From an uncultured Nitrososphaerota archaeon (GTDB lineage Archaea; Thermoproteota; EX4484-205; JAAOZO01), in NCBI GenBank assembly GCA_964408285.1, contig CAYOYV010000006.1, forward strand, positions 11,274-75,273: a stretch of 64,000 nucleotides of DNA. The letters are read 5' to 3'. The notes beneath the pieces were generated by a model. It searched no databases and was not told the DNA's origin. It was given only the letters and a program-made list of their open reading frames with translations. How positions within the stretch are numbered: the first letter of the stretch is position 1; the number at the start of each line of letters is the position of its first letter. This document shows, one piece after another, positions 11,288-21,448 of this stretch. Both the position numbers and the translations under genes were made by a program.

Positions 11288-12217
11288 CTAGATTGACGAT
11301 AGAGAGGCCAACAGCCACTTTGTCAATTTCATCCTATTCAAGCAGAGTGTTTCATCGGTTTCGTATCCTGGGATTTCTACGATTAGCCCTCCACGGTAGG
11401 AGACATCTTCAATTCCTTGGAAGAACTCCGGCCAGTCTATGTTCCCCATATAAGGCAGTAGGTGAAGATCAGAGCGTCCATCATTATCGTGAATGTGCGT
11501 TGCTACTAGTCGATCCCCTAGCTCCCTAACGAATTGCCCCGAACCAATTCCATTCACGTTCGCGTGACCCGTATCGAGACATGCGCCAAGATTGTCAGGA
11601 TCGTCGGATATGATGTCCAAGAGATCACGTGGCTTCGATCCAAATTCGCTCTCCAGCCTGTTCTCTAAGGCAACCTTCACGCCCATTTGAGCGCCAAGTC
11701 TACCTACTCGCGCGAAAACCTCCTTATTCAGATTCCTGCAACGAGCCACTTGCTCCACAGTCGACAGGTCGTCGCCCTTCGTGGCCCGCGCAGTGTGAAA
11801 TACCAACGATCTGACCCCTAGAATGCTTGCATGGCCTATCCATTCCTTTGCCTTCTCAATGGCCTTCATCCTTATCGCTTCATCAGAGGAAGCCATTTGT
11901 ACTTCAAGATCGACATAAGGTGCATGCATCTGAGATGGTTCTATCTTCAGGGTCGACACAAGATCTGACAAGTTCCTTAACCTCGAACCCATTGTTCCCT
12001 TAGCATCGTCCTCCCGGAAATGCTCATAGGCGTATTCGAAAGATTGGAATCCTTGCTCCTGTAGCATGAGCGGGACTTTTTCTATTGGGAATGACATGAG
12101 GATCCATGTGTCGACGCCCCATTTTTGAGATACGCACATGCTAACCGGCATTTCCACAGGTTGCCTCAATGTCGGAATAAAAGCCTTAGAATCTGGTTGA
12201 GTCCTCGGTGAACGCAA
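11288..12217 (-). CDS. sugar phosphate isomerase/epimerase (TIM barrel, AP endonuclease 2 family)
   Basis: ALEN, CLDTGH, HIHDNDG and G.IDW motifs; start uncertain. Confidence 0.85.
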   Translation of the reverse strand: MRSPRTQPDSKAFIPTLRQPVEMPVSMCVSQKWGVDTWILMSFPIEKVPLMLQEQGFQSFEYAYEHFREDDAKGTMGSRLRNLSDLVSTLKIEPSQMHAPYVDLEVQMASSDEAIRMKAIEKAKEWIGHASILGVRSLVFHTARATKGDDLSTVEQVARCRNLNKEVFARVGRLGAQMGVKVALENRLESEFGSKPRDLLDIISDDPDNLGACLDTGHANVNGIGSGQFVRELGDRLVATHIHDNDGRSDLHLLPYMGNIDWPEFFQGIEDVSYRGGLIVEIPGYETDETLCLNRMKLTKWLLASLSSI

Positions 12218-12309
12218 AGAGGGATTCGCCGGTCCAACTAGCGGGTGGCGCCTTGAGTAACAATGTTCTCTTGTCGCCCGCCTGAGATCCCTCTCGAGAT
12301 GTTTTCAGT

Positions 12310-13911
12310 TCAGAGTCTGACGGCTGAGCCAGCCGCTAGTAATGAGATGGCGATGACGAACATAGCAAGAGAAGCAACACGACCAGCCCCTCCCTTTCCT
12401 GCTAATCTCGATTCCAATATATATATCGGCAATAGCATCAGCAGGATGGAGTAGATGAAGATTATGAAAATACCTCTGAATTGCTGGGAAAGGAAGTACA
12501 TAATAAGCAGGGAGAAGGAAAGCGAAATGGCTTTTGTGCCAATGCCGGTCAACCACCTCGGAAACCGACTTCTGATGGAATCGAGCACGGAACTCTCCAA
12601 AAATGCAAGGAGCAATATGATCGGAGAGGAGAGCACGAATGCTGGGATCTCATATACTGATGGCATTAGCCTGATTAGGTCGCTTCCCAATATCAGATGT
12701 AAGCCACCGGAGTATCCAAGTCCAATACACGAACCAAAGATCAAAGCCCGTACGTCAAGCCGTGGCAGGTCGAGCTTCACTGGAACTAGGTGAAGCAAAA
12801 TGGCCACTCCAAATACCAATACAATCGAAAGGAAAAAGCCAATTGTGAAAAAACTCATCCCCAAGCCAGGGACCATTGCGACCGCTCCAGAAGCAAGCGG
12901 ATATAGAAGACCCGCTACAGCATATGAAACAAGTATCGGGATGGCCGTTCCATGGGGAGTTGATTGCATTTTTGCATTAGATTGGCTACTGAGGCTCAAA
13001 TCTGAGGTGACAACGAACAGACCAATCACCCACAGAACCGCGGCTATCAGCTTTGCCACTATGACCTCTTGGAAGGGAGGGTCAGCAATAGAATCAAGGA
13101 AGGTTAGCACTTCCTTGGATAATGCTTGACTGTAGAGAACAGTCAAATGATCAAGTCCGTTTATGGTGACTGCCCTAAGCCTCGATCCGCTTTTCGAATA
13201 GTATGTGGACCCGGGGGTTATCGACGAATTTATGGCGATGGATATCGATCTGAGCACCCTGTCAGGATTCACCACCGTATCCAGTGAAGCAACGACGAAC
13301 AAGGTATCAGTTCTGTCTGCTAGCGCTGAGTCAAGCAAATTCTGCATTGCCCCGGAGCAGATTACTATTAGGAACCTCGGCTTAAGTTCTGAGGCTGCGA
13401 GTTGGGCGAATCCCCCGCCCATGGAATGCCCTCCAATGACCCCAAAGGACAAGTTATATTTGGAGCCGAGCGCCTGTGAGAATGCCCTAATGTCTGATAT
13501 CACGGTCTCATTCTGTCCGGTCAGTCTTCCGCCGGTTGCTCCCTGACCCCTCCAGTCAGGTGTGAAAACGACGTACCCAATTTTCGAAAGTGAACATGCC
13601 AGCAAAGCCAAGTTCTCCTTTGTCCCGCTGAAGCCATGCAGTAGAAGTGCTGCTCCCATTGGTCTTTCCTTTGGAAGGTAGACAGCAACGGAAGAGATGA
13701 CACCATCTGCCAACTTCACATCGATATATTGCCTTTCGATGACACTCTGATCGGACAATAGAGCGACTATGATGGCTAGCATAAGCAACGCGAGTCCGGC
13801 TGCCATGTTTCTCCTAGGAAGCACGTACTTGGTCAAGGTCCAACCCCCAGCAAAAGGGGAGGAGTTAAAAGATTTCCGGCGTTGTTCATGTTTTACTCTG
13901 CGAACCATCAT
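12310..13911 (-). CDS. alpha/beta hydrolase with C-terminal multi-pass membrane domain
   Basis: LLHGF and GHSMGG nucleophile elbow; hydrophobic C-terminal half; true start probably downstream of 13911. Confidence 0.75.
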   Translation of the reverse strand: MMVRRVKHEQRRKSFNSSPFAGGWTLTKYVLPRRNMAAGLALLMLAIIVALLSDQSVIERQYIDVKLADGVISSVAVYLPKERPMGAALLLHGFSGTKENLALLACSLSKIGYVVFTPDWRGQGATGGRLTGQNETVISDIRAFSQALGSKYNLSFGVIGGHSMGGGFAQLAASELKPRFLIVICSGAMQNLLDSALADRTDTLFVVASLDTVVNPDRVLRSISIAINSSITPGSTYYSKSGSRLRAVTINGLDHLTVLYSQALSKEVLTFLDSIADPPFQEVIVAKLIAAVLWVIGLFVVTSDLSLSSQSNAKMQSTPHGTAIPILVSYAVAGLLYPLASGAVAMVPGLGMSFFTIGFFLSIVLVFGVAILLHLVPVKLDLPRLDVRALIFGSCIGLGYSGGLHLILGSDLIRLMPSVYEIPAFVLSSPIILLLAFLESSVLDSIRSRFPRWLTGIGTKAISLSFSLLIMYFLSQQFRGIFIIFIYSILLMLLPIYILESRLAGKGGAGRVASLAMFVIAISLLAAGSAVRL

Positions 13912-15202
13912 TAAGACTGGGATCTACATTTGTTCTAGTTAGCACTAGGCTACCTAATACTACAAAGAGAACGCAAACCGGCCCCCACCATATAAGTCCG
14001 CCGGTGTATCCCTTCTGTGGAATGATCGGAAGGGACAATATATACCCAGTGATGATATATGACAAAGTCTGAAAAACGTTAAGTGGAATGCTATTGAAAC
14101 CGGTGTACATACCGGCCCTGTTTTCTCCAGTCTTGATTCCATCCTCATGCGCCAGATCTGCTATTATGGCGTACGGGAAGAGTTGGAATCCGGATAGACC
14201 GACCGCCCCAAGGGCGATGAAGGCGTATGCCAACATGCTCGTTGGAATCGGCAGATCAACCTGCCCCAGAGCAAGGGTCCAAGGCAAGATAAGGGCGAGG
14301 ATTGAGTTTGAGATCAGGAGGACCTTTCCCTTCCCATATTTTCTCGCAAGATTGCCCCAAGCATAGAAGAAAATTACCATTATTACGAAGAGGGCTATTC
14401 CGAAGCCTATCATGCCGAAGGCTCCTTGGATTCCAAGGACTGTGGTGATGTATGAGAGAACGATAGAAGTCATCATGATGGTTGCTACGGATATCAAGCC
14501 TTGGGCAACCAACCATTTGACGTAATTCGGATTCGATACCACAATTCTCAACTCCCTCACGATGTCCGGCTTGGGAGGCCGTTTCCGGTCCCTTGGAACG
14601 AGTAGGAGAGAAGGAAGGTACAGGAGAATCTCTATTGCCGCTAAGCCGATGAGAAGGGCCAAGAACTTCCAATCGTAAGGATTTGATAGGATGCTTGGCA
14701 ATGAGAAGCTCAGCATGACTCCGATCGCGTTCGACAACAGGTTGGAGATATTTTGGATTCGTGCGACCCTCACTCTCTCGGAAGGTTCTGTTATCTCCGG
14801 CATCCAAGACTGAAAAGGCGTTAGGAGGAAAGCATAAGAGAGATGAAATAACCCGTTGAATGTGGCGGCATAGAGGAATAGACCGAGCTGATCGCCCATG
14901 CGTACAAAGTAGTGGGGTGTAAAATAGAGGATAAACGACAAAGCAAGGAGCGGGGCCCCAATCACGACGAAGGGTTTCCTTCTACCCCATCTTGTATTGC
15001 TGACGTCGCTGATGTATCCCATGAGGAACCCGGCGATCGCGATGACGATCTTCCCCATCGCGTTTGCCCAACCGGTTAGGACCGGATCGAGCCCAAAATG
15101 CTCCCAATATACGTAGACGCTCGCGAGACTGAAGAGGCTCAATAGTGTGCTAGAACCCAATCTGCCGATGCCGTATGAAATGCGCTGCACCCTAGTGAGC
15201 AT
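13886..15202 (-). CDS. MFS transporter, glycoside-pentoside-hexuronide (MelB-like) family
   Basis: ISDVSNTRWGRRKPF motif, about 12 TM segments; ATG 15202 follows GGGAGA. Confidence 0.85.
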   Translation of the reverse strand: MLTRVQRISYGIGRLGSSTLLSLFSLASVYVYWEHFGLDPVLTGWANAMGKIVIAIAGFLMGYISDVSNTRWGRRKPFVVIGAPLLALSFILYFTPHYFVRMGDQLGLFLYAATFNGLFHLSYAFLLTPFQSWMPEITEPSERVRVARIQNISNLLSNAIGVMLSFSLPSILSNPYDWKFLALLIGLAAIEILLYLPSLLLVPRDRKRPPKPDIVRELRIVVSNPNYVKWLVAQGLISVATIMMTSIVLSYITTVLGIQGAFGMIGFGIALFVIMVIFFYAWGNLARKYGKGKVLLISNSILALILPWTLALGQVDLPIPTSMLAYAFIALGAVGLSGFQLFPYAIIADLAHEDGIKTGENRAGMYTGFNSIPLNVFQTLSYIITGYILSLPIIPQKGYTGGLIWWGPVCVLFVVLGSLVLTRTNVDPSLNDGSQSKT

Positions 15203-15483
15203 TCTCCCAGCCGGTGACCATGTAGAGCGATATATACTCAGTGAGACGCACTGTTTGGCTTCACGGGGGGTCATTTCGATTAGGAATCGTAGGATTCGCT
15301 GCTTCGTGTCTCACGAACTCGTTTCCGTCAGATCCCGCAACAACCCAGGAAGGAGCAAAACCGCATTCACCGGACCCTGCTTCAGGCCGATTCGGACCCA
15401 ATTTCCCCTCTCATCGGGGAGCACAACTTTTATTTAGCCCAAAGGCAATGAATCGGCTTTCCAAAGTCGAGGCACGAGTATAG

Positions 15484-15951
15484 ATGCCAGAATTCGGCTA
15501 CTCTTGGCGAAAGGCAGGCCCAGAAGAGGGCGTTGTAAGAGCTAGCATTAGGGAAGTCAGGATGTCCGGAAAGGACGCAATGGAGGTAGCCGCCTGGATA
15601 AAGGGGATGAAGACGACCCAAGCCAGGACAAGGCTGCAGCGAGTGCTCGAAAAAAGGGATTTCGTCCCGTTCAGGAGACATAAGAAAAAGGTGCCCCACA
15701 GGGCAGATGCCACTGGCTTCTACTCCGGTCGCTACCCAATTAAAGTAGCCGGCCACTTCCTGAAGCTTATCGACACACTAGAGGCCAATGCCCAAGACAG
15801 GGGCCTTGATCCAGACAATCTCAGAATCATTCATGCCTCTGCCTATGTCGGAAGAAAAATGGTCAGATATACGCCAAGGGCCTTTGGAAGGACATCGCCC
15901 AAGATAGGCCCCCTGGTTCATGTCGAAATGGTTGCGAGGGAGGCGACGTAG
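15484..15951 (+). CDS. rpl22: 50S ribosomal protein uL22
   Basis: GRYP and RAFGR motifs of archaeal L22. Confidence 0.95.
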   Translation: MPEFGYSWRKAGPEEGVVRASIREVRMSGKDAMEVAAWIKGMKTTQARTRLQRVLEKRDFVPFRRHKKKVPHRADATGFYSGRYPIKVAGHFLKLIDTLEANAQDRGLDPDNLRIIHASAYVGRKMVRYTPRAFGRTSPKIGPLVHVEMVAREAT

Positions 15952-15953
15952 CG

Positions 15954-16619
15954 ATGTCCGTTAACGAGATTCTGTCCGAAGCAAAACAGCGGGTAGCCAT
16001 TGCCGATTTTCTAAGGGAAGAACTGAAGGCAGCAGGCTTTTCCTCGGTCAGAATGACTAAGACGCCGTTGGGCGTCAACATAACCCTCGAGACGGGAAGA
16101 CCCGGAAGGGTCATCGGTCCCGGAGGGAAGAACATAAAGGACCTATCAGAACTATTGGCGAGAAAGTTTGGGCTCAAAAACCCCCAGATTTCTGTAGTGG
16201 AAGTTCCAAATCCAATGCTTGACCCGAACATAATCGCTACTAGGATAGCGGAAGCGATGGAGAAGGGCATCAAATATAGGAGGATAATCAGGCTTTACTT
16301 GAGGAAGATAGCAAGTGCCGGAGCCATTGGTGCTCAGATTAAAGTCCAAGGGAAGCTCACAACCGAGAGATCTCGTTTCGAGAAATTCACCTTCGGTTAT
16401 CTGCCTGCGACGGGAAATCCAAGGGAGAAATTCGTGCAGGTTGCAACGAAGAACATATTGCTCCCGCAAGGCTTAGTAGGAATTAAGGTAAAAATCGTAT
16501 CTCCCAACGCGACGTTTCCAGATCAGGTCAAGATTGTTGAGGCTACAGCTCGGCCCAGTCCAATTCAGGGAGAAGAAGGAGAAAAAGGTGAAGTGACGGA
16601 TGACAAAATCGAAGGCTGA
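15954..16619 (+). CDS. rps3: 30S ribosomal protein uS3
   Basis: KH domain PGRVIGPGG; operon position. Confidence 0.95.
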   Translation: MSVNEILSEAKQRVAIADFLREELKAAGFSSVRMTKTPLGVNITLETGRPGRVIGPGGKNIKDLSELLARKFGLKNPQISVVEVPNPMLDPNIIATRIAEAMEKGIKYRRIIRLYLRKIASAGAIGAQIKVQGKLTTERSRFEKFTFGYLPATGNPREKFVQVATKNILLPQGLVGIKVKIVSPNATFPDQVKIVEATARPSPIQGEEGEKGEVTDDKIEG

Positions 16620-16815
16620 GCAACTGGCAAAGCTTACCCCAGAGCAAAGATCGAAGAAGTTGAGTGAGCTAAGGGACGAACTCGCGCTCCTAATATCGAA
16701 AGGAGGAAAAACAAGCGAGAACTTCAAGGCCATCAAGGAGATAAAGAAGGAAATCGCTAGGACACTTACATACGAGAGCTCCACGAAGAAAGGTGGTTCC
16801 AATGAGAGAGAATGA
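16600..16815 (+). CDS. rpl29: 50S ribosomal protein uL29
   Basis: IKKEIARTLT motif; operon position. Confidence 0.9.
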   Translation: MTKSKAEQLAKLTPEQRSKKLSELRDELALLISKGGKTSENFKAIKEIKKEIARTLTYESSTKKGGSNERE

Positions 16816-17068
16816 TCCGATCCTCCTGTTGGGCCTCGAAGTGAGGGTAAGCGAATCAACAAACAAGCGCCAGCGAGGGATCAAAGGTCGAGCGGTGGGA
16901 GAGACAATGAAGACAGTGATCATCAGCACAAAGCAAGGCGACAAAGTGGTGCCAAAAAATGGCTCTACGTTCGAAGTTGTGCTTCCATCTGGCGAGGTTC
17001 AGACCATATCTGGAAAAAAGATCATCGGCAGGCCAGAACAACTGATAAGGAGGTCTTGTTCGCAATGA
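16802..17068 (+). CDS. rnp1: ribonuclease P protein subunit Rpp29/Pop4
   Basis: LLGLEVRV...GIKGRAVGET; conserved position between L29 and S17. Confidence 0.85.
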   Translation: MRENDPILLLGLEVRVSESTNKRQRGIKGRAVGETMKTVIISTKQGDKVVPKNGSTFEVVLPSGEVQTISGKKIIGRPEQLIRRSCSQ

Positions 17069-17391
17069 GGGACTTTGTCAAGGATCTCGGGCTGAATCCT
17101 CCAAGCGCGACTTGCCAAGATCCAGACTGCCCGTTCCATGGCAGTGTTTCGGTTAGAGGGAGGATACTGAAAGGGGAAGTTATCAAGGATAGGATGCAGA
17201 AGAACGTAGTTGTCCGCATGGACTATATTCATCCGATTCCTAAGTTCAAAAGATACGAAAGAAGGAGGGGAAATATCTCGGCTCATAATCCCCCATGCAT
17301 TTCAGCGAAATCCGGCGACAGGGTGCTGATAGGTGAGACGCGTGCTCTCTCTAAGACTGTAAGCTTCGTGGTTTTGGGAAAGGTGACGTAA
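17056..17391 (+). CDS. rps17: 30S ribosomal protein uS17
   Basis: CPFHG, KRYERRR and HNPPC motifs. Confidence 0.95.
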   Translation: MFAMRDFVKDLGLNPPSATCQDPDCPFHGSVSVRGRILKGEVIKDRMQKNVVVRMDYIHPIPKFKRYERRRGNISAHNPPCISAKSGDRVLIGETRALSKTVSFVVLGKVT

Positions 17392-17392
17392 A

Positions 17393-17830
17393 ATGTCGGT
17401 CAGAAAATCGAGAGCAGTGTCGGCAAAAGGAATTCTAGAGTATAAGATAAGCGGAGCAAGGGGCCTTCCCCATGGAGCCAGACTGCATTGTGCGGACAAT
17501 AGTGGTGCCAAGGATCTTCTTCTTATTCAAGTTCATAGATACGGTGGGCGACTGAGAAGGGTTCCATCTGCCAACGTCGGAAGCATTGTGACCGTTAGTG
17601 TTGTGAATGGCCCCCCTGACATGAAAGGCCAAATGTTTCCGGCTGTGGTCATAAGACAGAAATTCCCATTCAGAAGGCCTGAGGGAATAAGGGTGGCATT
17701 CGAAGACAACGCGGCGGTCTTGACAACAAAAGAGGGAGACCTGAAGGGAACCGAAATAAGAGGTCCGGTAGCTAGGGAGGCAGCCGACATGTGGCCGAAG
17801 TTAGCTGGAATGGCCAGCATAATAGTATGA
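17393..17830 (+). CDS. rpl14: 50S ribosomal protein uL14
   Basis: ADNSGAK and FEDNAAV motifs. Confidence 0.95.
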   Translation: MSVRKSRAVSAKGILEYKISGARGLPHGARLHCADNSGAKDLLLIQVHRYGGRLRRVPSANVGSIVTVSVVNGPPDMKGQMFPAVVIRQKFPFRRPEGIRVAFEDNAAVLTTKEGDLKGTEIRGPVAREAADMWPKLAGMASIIV

Positions 17831-18195
17831 GGGTGTGGATCTTGTCAACGAGCCATAGGCCAGGGAAACAAAGGAAGTCGTTGCATGGCATACCCATTCA
17901 CATGACCAAACTTCTTCTTCGCGCTCCCTTGGCTAAGTCGCTTGTGGAGAAACATGGGTTGAAGAAAATCTGCATAAGGACTGGAGACGAAGTGACAATC
18001 ATCAAGGGTGATTTCAAGGGGGTAAAGGGGGTCGTCTCGAGGGTGGATAGGAAAAAGGGGAGGCTTTTCGTCGAAGGAGCGACTAGGGAAAAGGCTGATG
18101 GCACAGTCGTGAGATTCCCGCTATTCCCGTCGCATGTAGTACTCACTAAGCTCAAGACGGAAGACAAGAGAAGATTACCGGAGGTTACGAAATGA
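17827..18195 (+). CDS. rpl24: 50S ribosomal protein uL24
   Basis: PGKQRK and KOW motif GDEVTIIKG; start approximate. Confidence 0.92.
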   Translation: MRVWILSTSHRPGKQRKSLHGIPIHMTKLLLRAPLAKSLVEKHGLKKICIRTGDEVTIIKGDFKGVKGVVSRVDRKKGRLFVEGATREKADGTVVRFPLFPSHVVLTKLKTEDKRRLPEVTK

Positions 18196-18196
18196 T

Positions 18197-18922
18197 TTGG
18201 CCAGAAAGGGAGGAAGCAGACATCTAAAGGCATTAGCTGCTCCAAAGAGCTGGTTAGTGAGAAGGAAGCTATTTCATTTCATCGCGAAGCCAAGACCGGG
18301 TCCTCACGCCGTAGAGGACTCCATGCCGGCCTATCTGATATTGAGAGATCTCCTGCGGGAGGTCTCCTCTATAAGAGAAGCAAAGATGGTATTCAAAAAG
18401 GGCAACGTCCTGATCGACGGGAGACAGGTAAAGGACGAGAAAAGGGCAGTCGGATTCATGGATGTGATCGCGTCTCCGCAATGGTCTGAGTCATTCAGGT
18501 TGGTCGTCGACAACAAAGGCAGGTTCTCTCCGATAAAGATCCCAGTGGAGGAGGCCAGTATCAAGATTCTGAAGGTACTATCCAAGTTCACAAACAGAGG
18601 TGGACGAATCGGGATAAGACTTCACGATGGAACCAGTCTCAATGTGGCTGGGGAGCTTCCGGTTTCAGTCGGGGATTCGATAGTGATATCGCTCCCGGAT
18701 AGGGAGCTGAAGGAGATCATTCACCTGAAGCAGGGTGCCCATTGTTTTGTTTTCAAGGGTCGGTCAGCTGGTAAGGCCGGCATATTTGCAGGGGAGGTTG
18801 CATCCACCATGAGAAGGATGGGTTTGATTCAACTGCAACTAGAAGATGGATCTACAGTCTCCACGCCCAAGGACTATGTGATTGCCATCGGGGAACACGC
18901 TCCGAAGGTGAGATTGAAATGA
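18197..18922 (+). CDS. rps4e: 30S ribosomal protein eS4
   Basis: RHLKALAAP and PRPGPH motifs. Confidence 0.95.
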   Translation: MARKGGSRHLKALAAPKSWLVRRKLFHFIAKPRPGPHAVEDSMPAYLILRDLLREVSSIREAKMVFKKGNVLIDGRQVKDEKRAVGFMDVIASPQWSESFRLVVDNKGRFSPIKIPVEEASIKILKVLSKFTNRGGRIGIRLHDGTSLNVAGELPVSVGDSIVISLPDRELKEIIHLKQGAHCFVFKGRSAGKAGIFAGEVASTMRRMGLIQLQLEDGSTVSTPKDYVIAIGEHAPKVRLK

Positions 18923-19458
18923 ACGTTGAGGAACAAACAGTCATTAGGGAGAACCCGATGAGGGCGATCCGTGTGGAAAAAATCGTCATGAACATCGGGG
19001 TCGGAAAATCCGGCGAACAACTTGAACGGGGAAAGAGCGTGTTGTCTTCCATAACTGGTGTCAAAAAGATCTGGGAGAGAAAGGCAAGAAGTACGATAAG
19101 AGAATTCGGAATAAGAAAAAATGAGCCAATAGGCGTGGCGGTAACCATCAGAGGCGAGCGAATTGGGGTGCTCTTGCCGAGATTACTTAAAGCCATTGGC
19201 ATGAGATTGAAGAGGTCATCGATTGTTGGGAGGACTGCTTCATTCGGGATAAGGGAACACATCGAAATCCCGGGCGTTAGATACGACCCGAGAATGGGCA
19301 TATTCGGAATGGACGTCACGGTAGTGTTGGAGAGGCCAGGCTACCGTGTTAGCAGAAGAAAGAGGAGGACCTCGGATATCGGGCACAGGGCAATCATTAG
19401 TTCAGAAGAAGCCGCGAACTTCCTTACATCGAAATATGGTGTTACGGTGCTGAGTTGA
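18919..19458 (+). CDS. rpl5: 50S ribosomal protein uL5
   Basis: NPMR, NIGVG and [11 protein letters not shown] motifs. Confidence 0.95.
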   Translation: MNVEEQTVIRENPMRAIRVEKIVMNIGVGKSGEQLERGKSVLSSITGVKKIWERKARSTIREFGIRKNEPIGVAVTIRGERIGVLLPRLLKAIGMRLKRSSIVGRTASFGIREHIEIPGVRYDPRMGIFGMDVTVVLERPGYRVSRRKRRTSDIGHRAIISSEEAANFLTSKYGVTVLS

Positions 19459-19459
19459 A

Positions 19460-19624
19460 ATGGCGAAACTCAAAATGCCGAAGCAAAGGGAATTCGGGAA
19501 AGCCGCACATAGGTGCATAAGATGCGGTTCAACAGGGCCGGTGATACGAATGTACAAACTGAACTACTGCAGGCACTGCTTCAGGGAGGTAGCCCCATCC
19601 TTGGGCTTCAAGAAATACATGTGA
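19460..19624 (+). CDS. rps14: 30S ribosomal protein uS14 (not in ORF track)
   Basis: Read manually: [54 protein letters not shown], with CxxC-CxxC zinc finger. Confidence 0.95.
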   Translation: MAKLKMPKQREFGKAAHRCIRCGSTGPVIRMYKLNYCRHCFREVAPSLGFKKYM

Positions 19625-19635
19625 GGTGAAGATCG

Positions 19636-20028
19636 TTGACTTTGCTAGATCCTCTGTCGAATGCGATGGTAGCCCTGCAGAACGCAGAGTCCAGAAACCT
19701 AAAGACATGCAGAATCTGGCCAGCATCGAATCTCATTGGCAAGACCCTTCAGGTTCTCCAAAAGAATGGATACATCGGGGAATTCGAATTCATAGATGAT
19801 GGGAAGGCAGGCATGTTCTCGGTTCAATTACTCGGTCGCATCAACAAGAGCAGGGCGGTCAAACCAAGATACAAGGTAGAATTGCGTGAGTTCTCTGAAT
19901 GGGAGGAAAGACTGCTGCCTGCCTACAATGTTGGAATAATCATAGTCTCGAATCCGAAAGGAGTGATGTCACATAGAGAGGCAATCGAGAAGAACGAAGG
20001 AGGAAGACTTCTGGCCTATGTCTACTGA
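19636..20028 (+). CDS. rps8: 30S ribosomal protein uS8
   Basis: DPLSNA and GGRLLAYVY motifs. Confidence 0.95.
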   Translation: MTLLDPLSNAMVALQNAESRNLKTCRIWPASNLIGKTLQVLQKNGYIGEFEFIDDGKAGMFSVQLLGRINKSRAVKPRYKVELREFSEWEERLLPAYNVGIIIVSNPKGVMSHREAIEKNEGGRLLAYVY

Positions 20029-20593
20029 GACCGGACGACGAGTGGAATCCTCAGGCATCGAGCTCGTGATCCCTAGCAGCGTCCAAATGCTGCTTGAAGG
20101 AAAGAAAGTCACAATGAAGGGAGAATTGGGTACCTTAAGTTGGGACTTCTCTGGCTCCAAGGTTCAGCTAATGGTCGACGGTAATATCCTGAGAGCAACG
20201 ACTCAGAAGAAGGGCAAAAGAGGTGATGCCCTGCTGGGAACAGTCAGCAAGAGAGTGAAGAACCTAATCAGAGGAGTGAACGAGAGATATGTGGTGAAGA
20301 TGAAGGTAGTGCACTCTCACTTTCCGACGACTGTCAAGAAGGAGGGCAAGACCTTGAGGATAGAGAATTTCATGGGGGAAAGATCCCCGCGCAGGATTAC
20401 CATACCGGATGGGGTTGAAGTCAACGTGACTGGGGTCGATCTTCTGATGAAAGGAATTGATAAAGACGGCGTAACCCAATTGGCTGGTTCAATACAGTCA
20501 ACTACGAGAATACTCCGCAAGGACCCTAGGGTCTACTTGGACGGCATATACGTTGTAGAAAAGGGGTATGAAAGCGAGATCGGAGGGGCATAG
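20018..20593 (+). CDS. rpl6: 50S ribosomal protein uL6
   Basis: SHFP, NFMGE and KDPRVYLDGIY motifs. Confidence 0.95.
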   Translation: MSTETGRRVESSGIELVIPSSVQMLLEGKKVTMKGELGTLSWDFSGSKVQLMVDGNILRATTQKKGKRGDALLGTVSKRVKNLIRGVNERYVVKMKVVHSHFPTTVKKEGKTLRIENFMGERSPRRITIPDGVEVNVTGVDLLMKGIDKDGVTQLAGSIQSTTRILRKDPRVYLDGIYVVEKGYESEIGGA

Positions 20594-20595
20594 TC

Positions 20596-20994
20596 TTGAC
20601 GGATCGAGGCCGAGGCCTGAAGAGGAAGCTAGGGGTAAGAGAGAGAGTTCCCCACTTCAGAAGACAGGAAACTTGGAAATACAGACGCCTAGGCGAGTCG
20701 TGGAGAAGACCGAAGGGATTGGATAACAAAATGAGGCAAGAACGGAAGGGTTGGCCGAGCCGTCCCAAGGTGGGATATGGCGTTCCCAAGGAGATTAGGG
20801 GGCTGCATCCCTCCGGATTGAAGCCTGCAATGATTCAGAATCTGAATGACCTAGACGACCTTGAGGAAAAAGAGGACGTAATCGTTGTGATATCAAGCAG
20901 GATTGGGAACAGGAAGAAGAAGTTGATAACTGACAAGGCAAGGAACATGGGTCTAAGAATAGCAAATCCGTTCAAGGAAGAGGTGTTCGAGTGA
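20596..20994 (+). CDS. rpl32e: 50S ribosomal protein eL32
   Basis: WRRPKGLDNKMR and GLHPSG motifs. Confidence 0.95.
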   Translation: MTDRGRGLKRKLGVRERVPHFRRQETWKYRRLGESWRRPKGLDNKMRQERKGWPSRPKVGYGVPKEIRGLHPSGLKPAMIQNLNDLDDLEEKEDVIVVISSRIGNRKKKLITDKARNMGLRIANPFKEEVFE

Positions 20995-20995
20995 G

Positions 20996-21448
20996 ATGGC
21001 AGTGAAGACAGTCAAGAGGATTGCTGCTGACCTGCTGAAGGTGGGGAGGTCAAGGATCTGGATGGACCCAAACCGACTGATGGACATGGACGCCGCCGTT
21101 ACGCGAGGTGACGTTAGACGCCTCATCAAGGATGGAGCGATAGCAGTCAGGCCAGCCAGCACTCCATCAAGAGGAAGAAAACGGATCTTGCACTCCAGCA
21201 AACGCTCTGGTGGAAGAAGGGGGCATGGCAGCAGAAAAGGCTCCGCAAGAGCTCGAGCTACGAAGCACGAAAGCTGGCCCGAGAAGGTAAGAGCTCAAAG
21301 GAGTGAACTGCGGAAGCTCAGGGACTCAGGAAAGGTAACAAGGGAAGTGTACCGGGACCTCTACATGCAGGTCAAAGGAGGAAAATTCGGATCAAGGAGG
21401 ATGCTGTTGGATGCCGTACAACCCATGATGAAGAGGGGCAGAAGATGA
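20996..21448 (+). CDS. rpl19e: 50S ribosomal protein eL19
   Basis: KRIAADLLKVG and GHGSRKG motifs. Confidence 0.95.
   Translation: MAVKTVKRIAADLLKVGRSRIWMDPNRLMDMDAAVTRGDVRRLIKDGAIAVRPASTPSRGRKRILHSSKRSGGRRGHGSRKGSARARATKHESWPEKVRAQRSELRKLRDSGKVTREVYRDLYMQVKGGKFGSRRMLLDAVQPMMKRGRR

Noticed and set aside
15340-15360. CCCAGGAAGGAGCA resembling SRP RNA helix 8, with nearby c-di-AMP riboswitch-like words
   Set aside because: It lacks the CAGG-NCC-GGAA-GG-N-AGCA spacing and flanking helices, and the riboswitch-like words do not assemble into the consensus.
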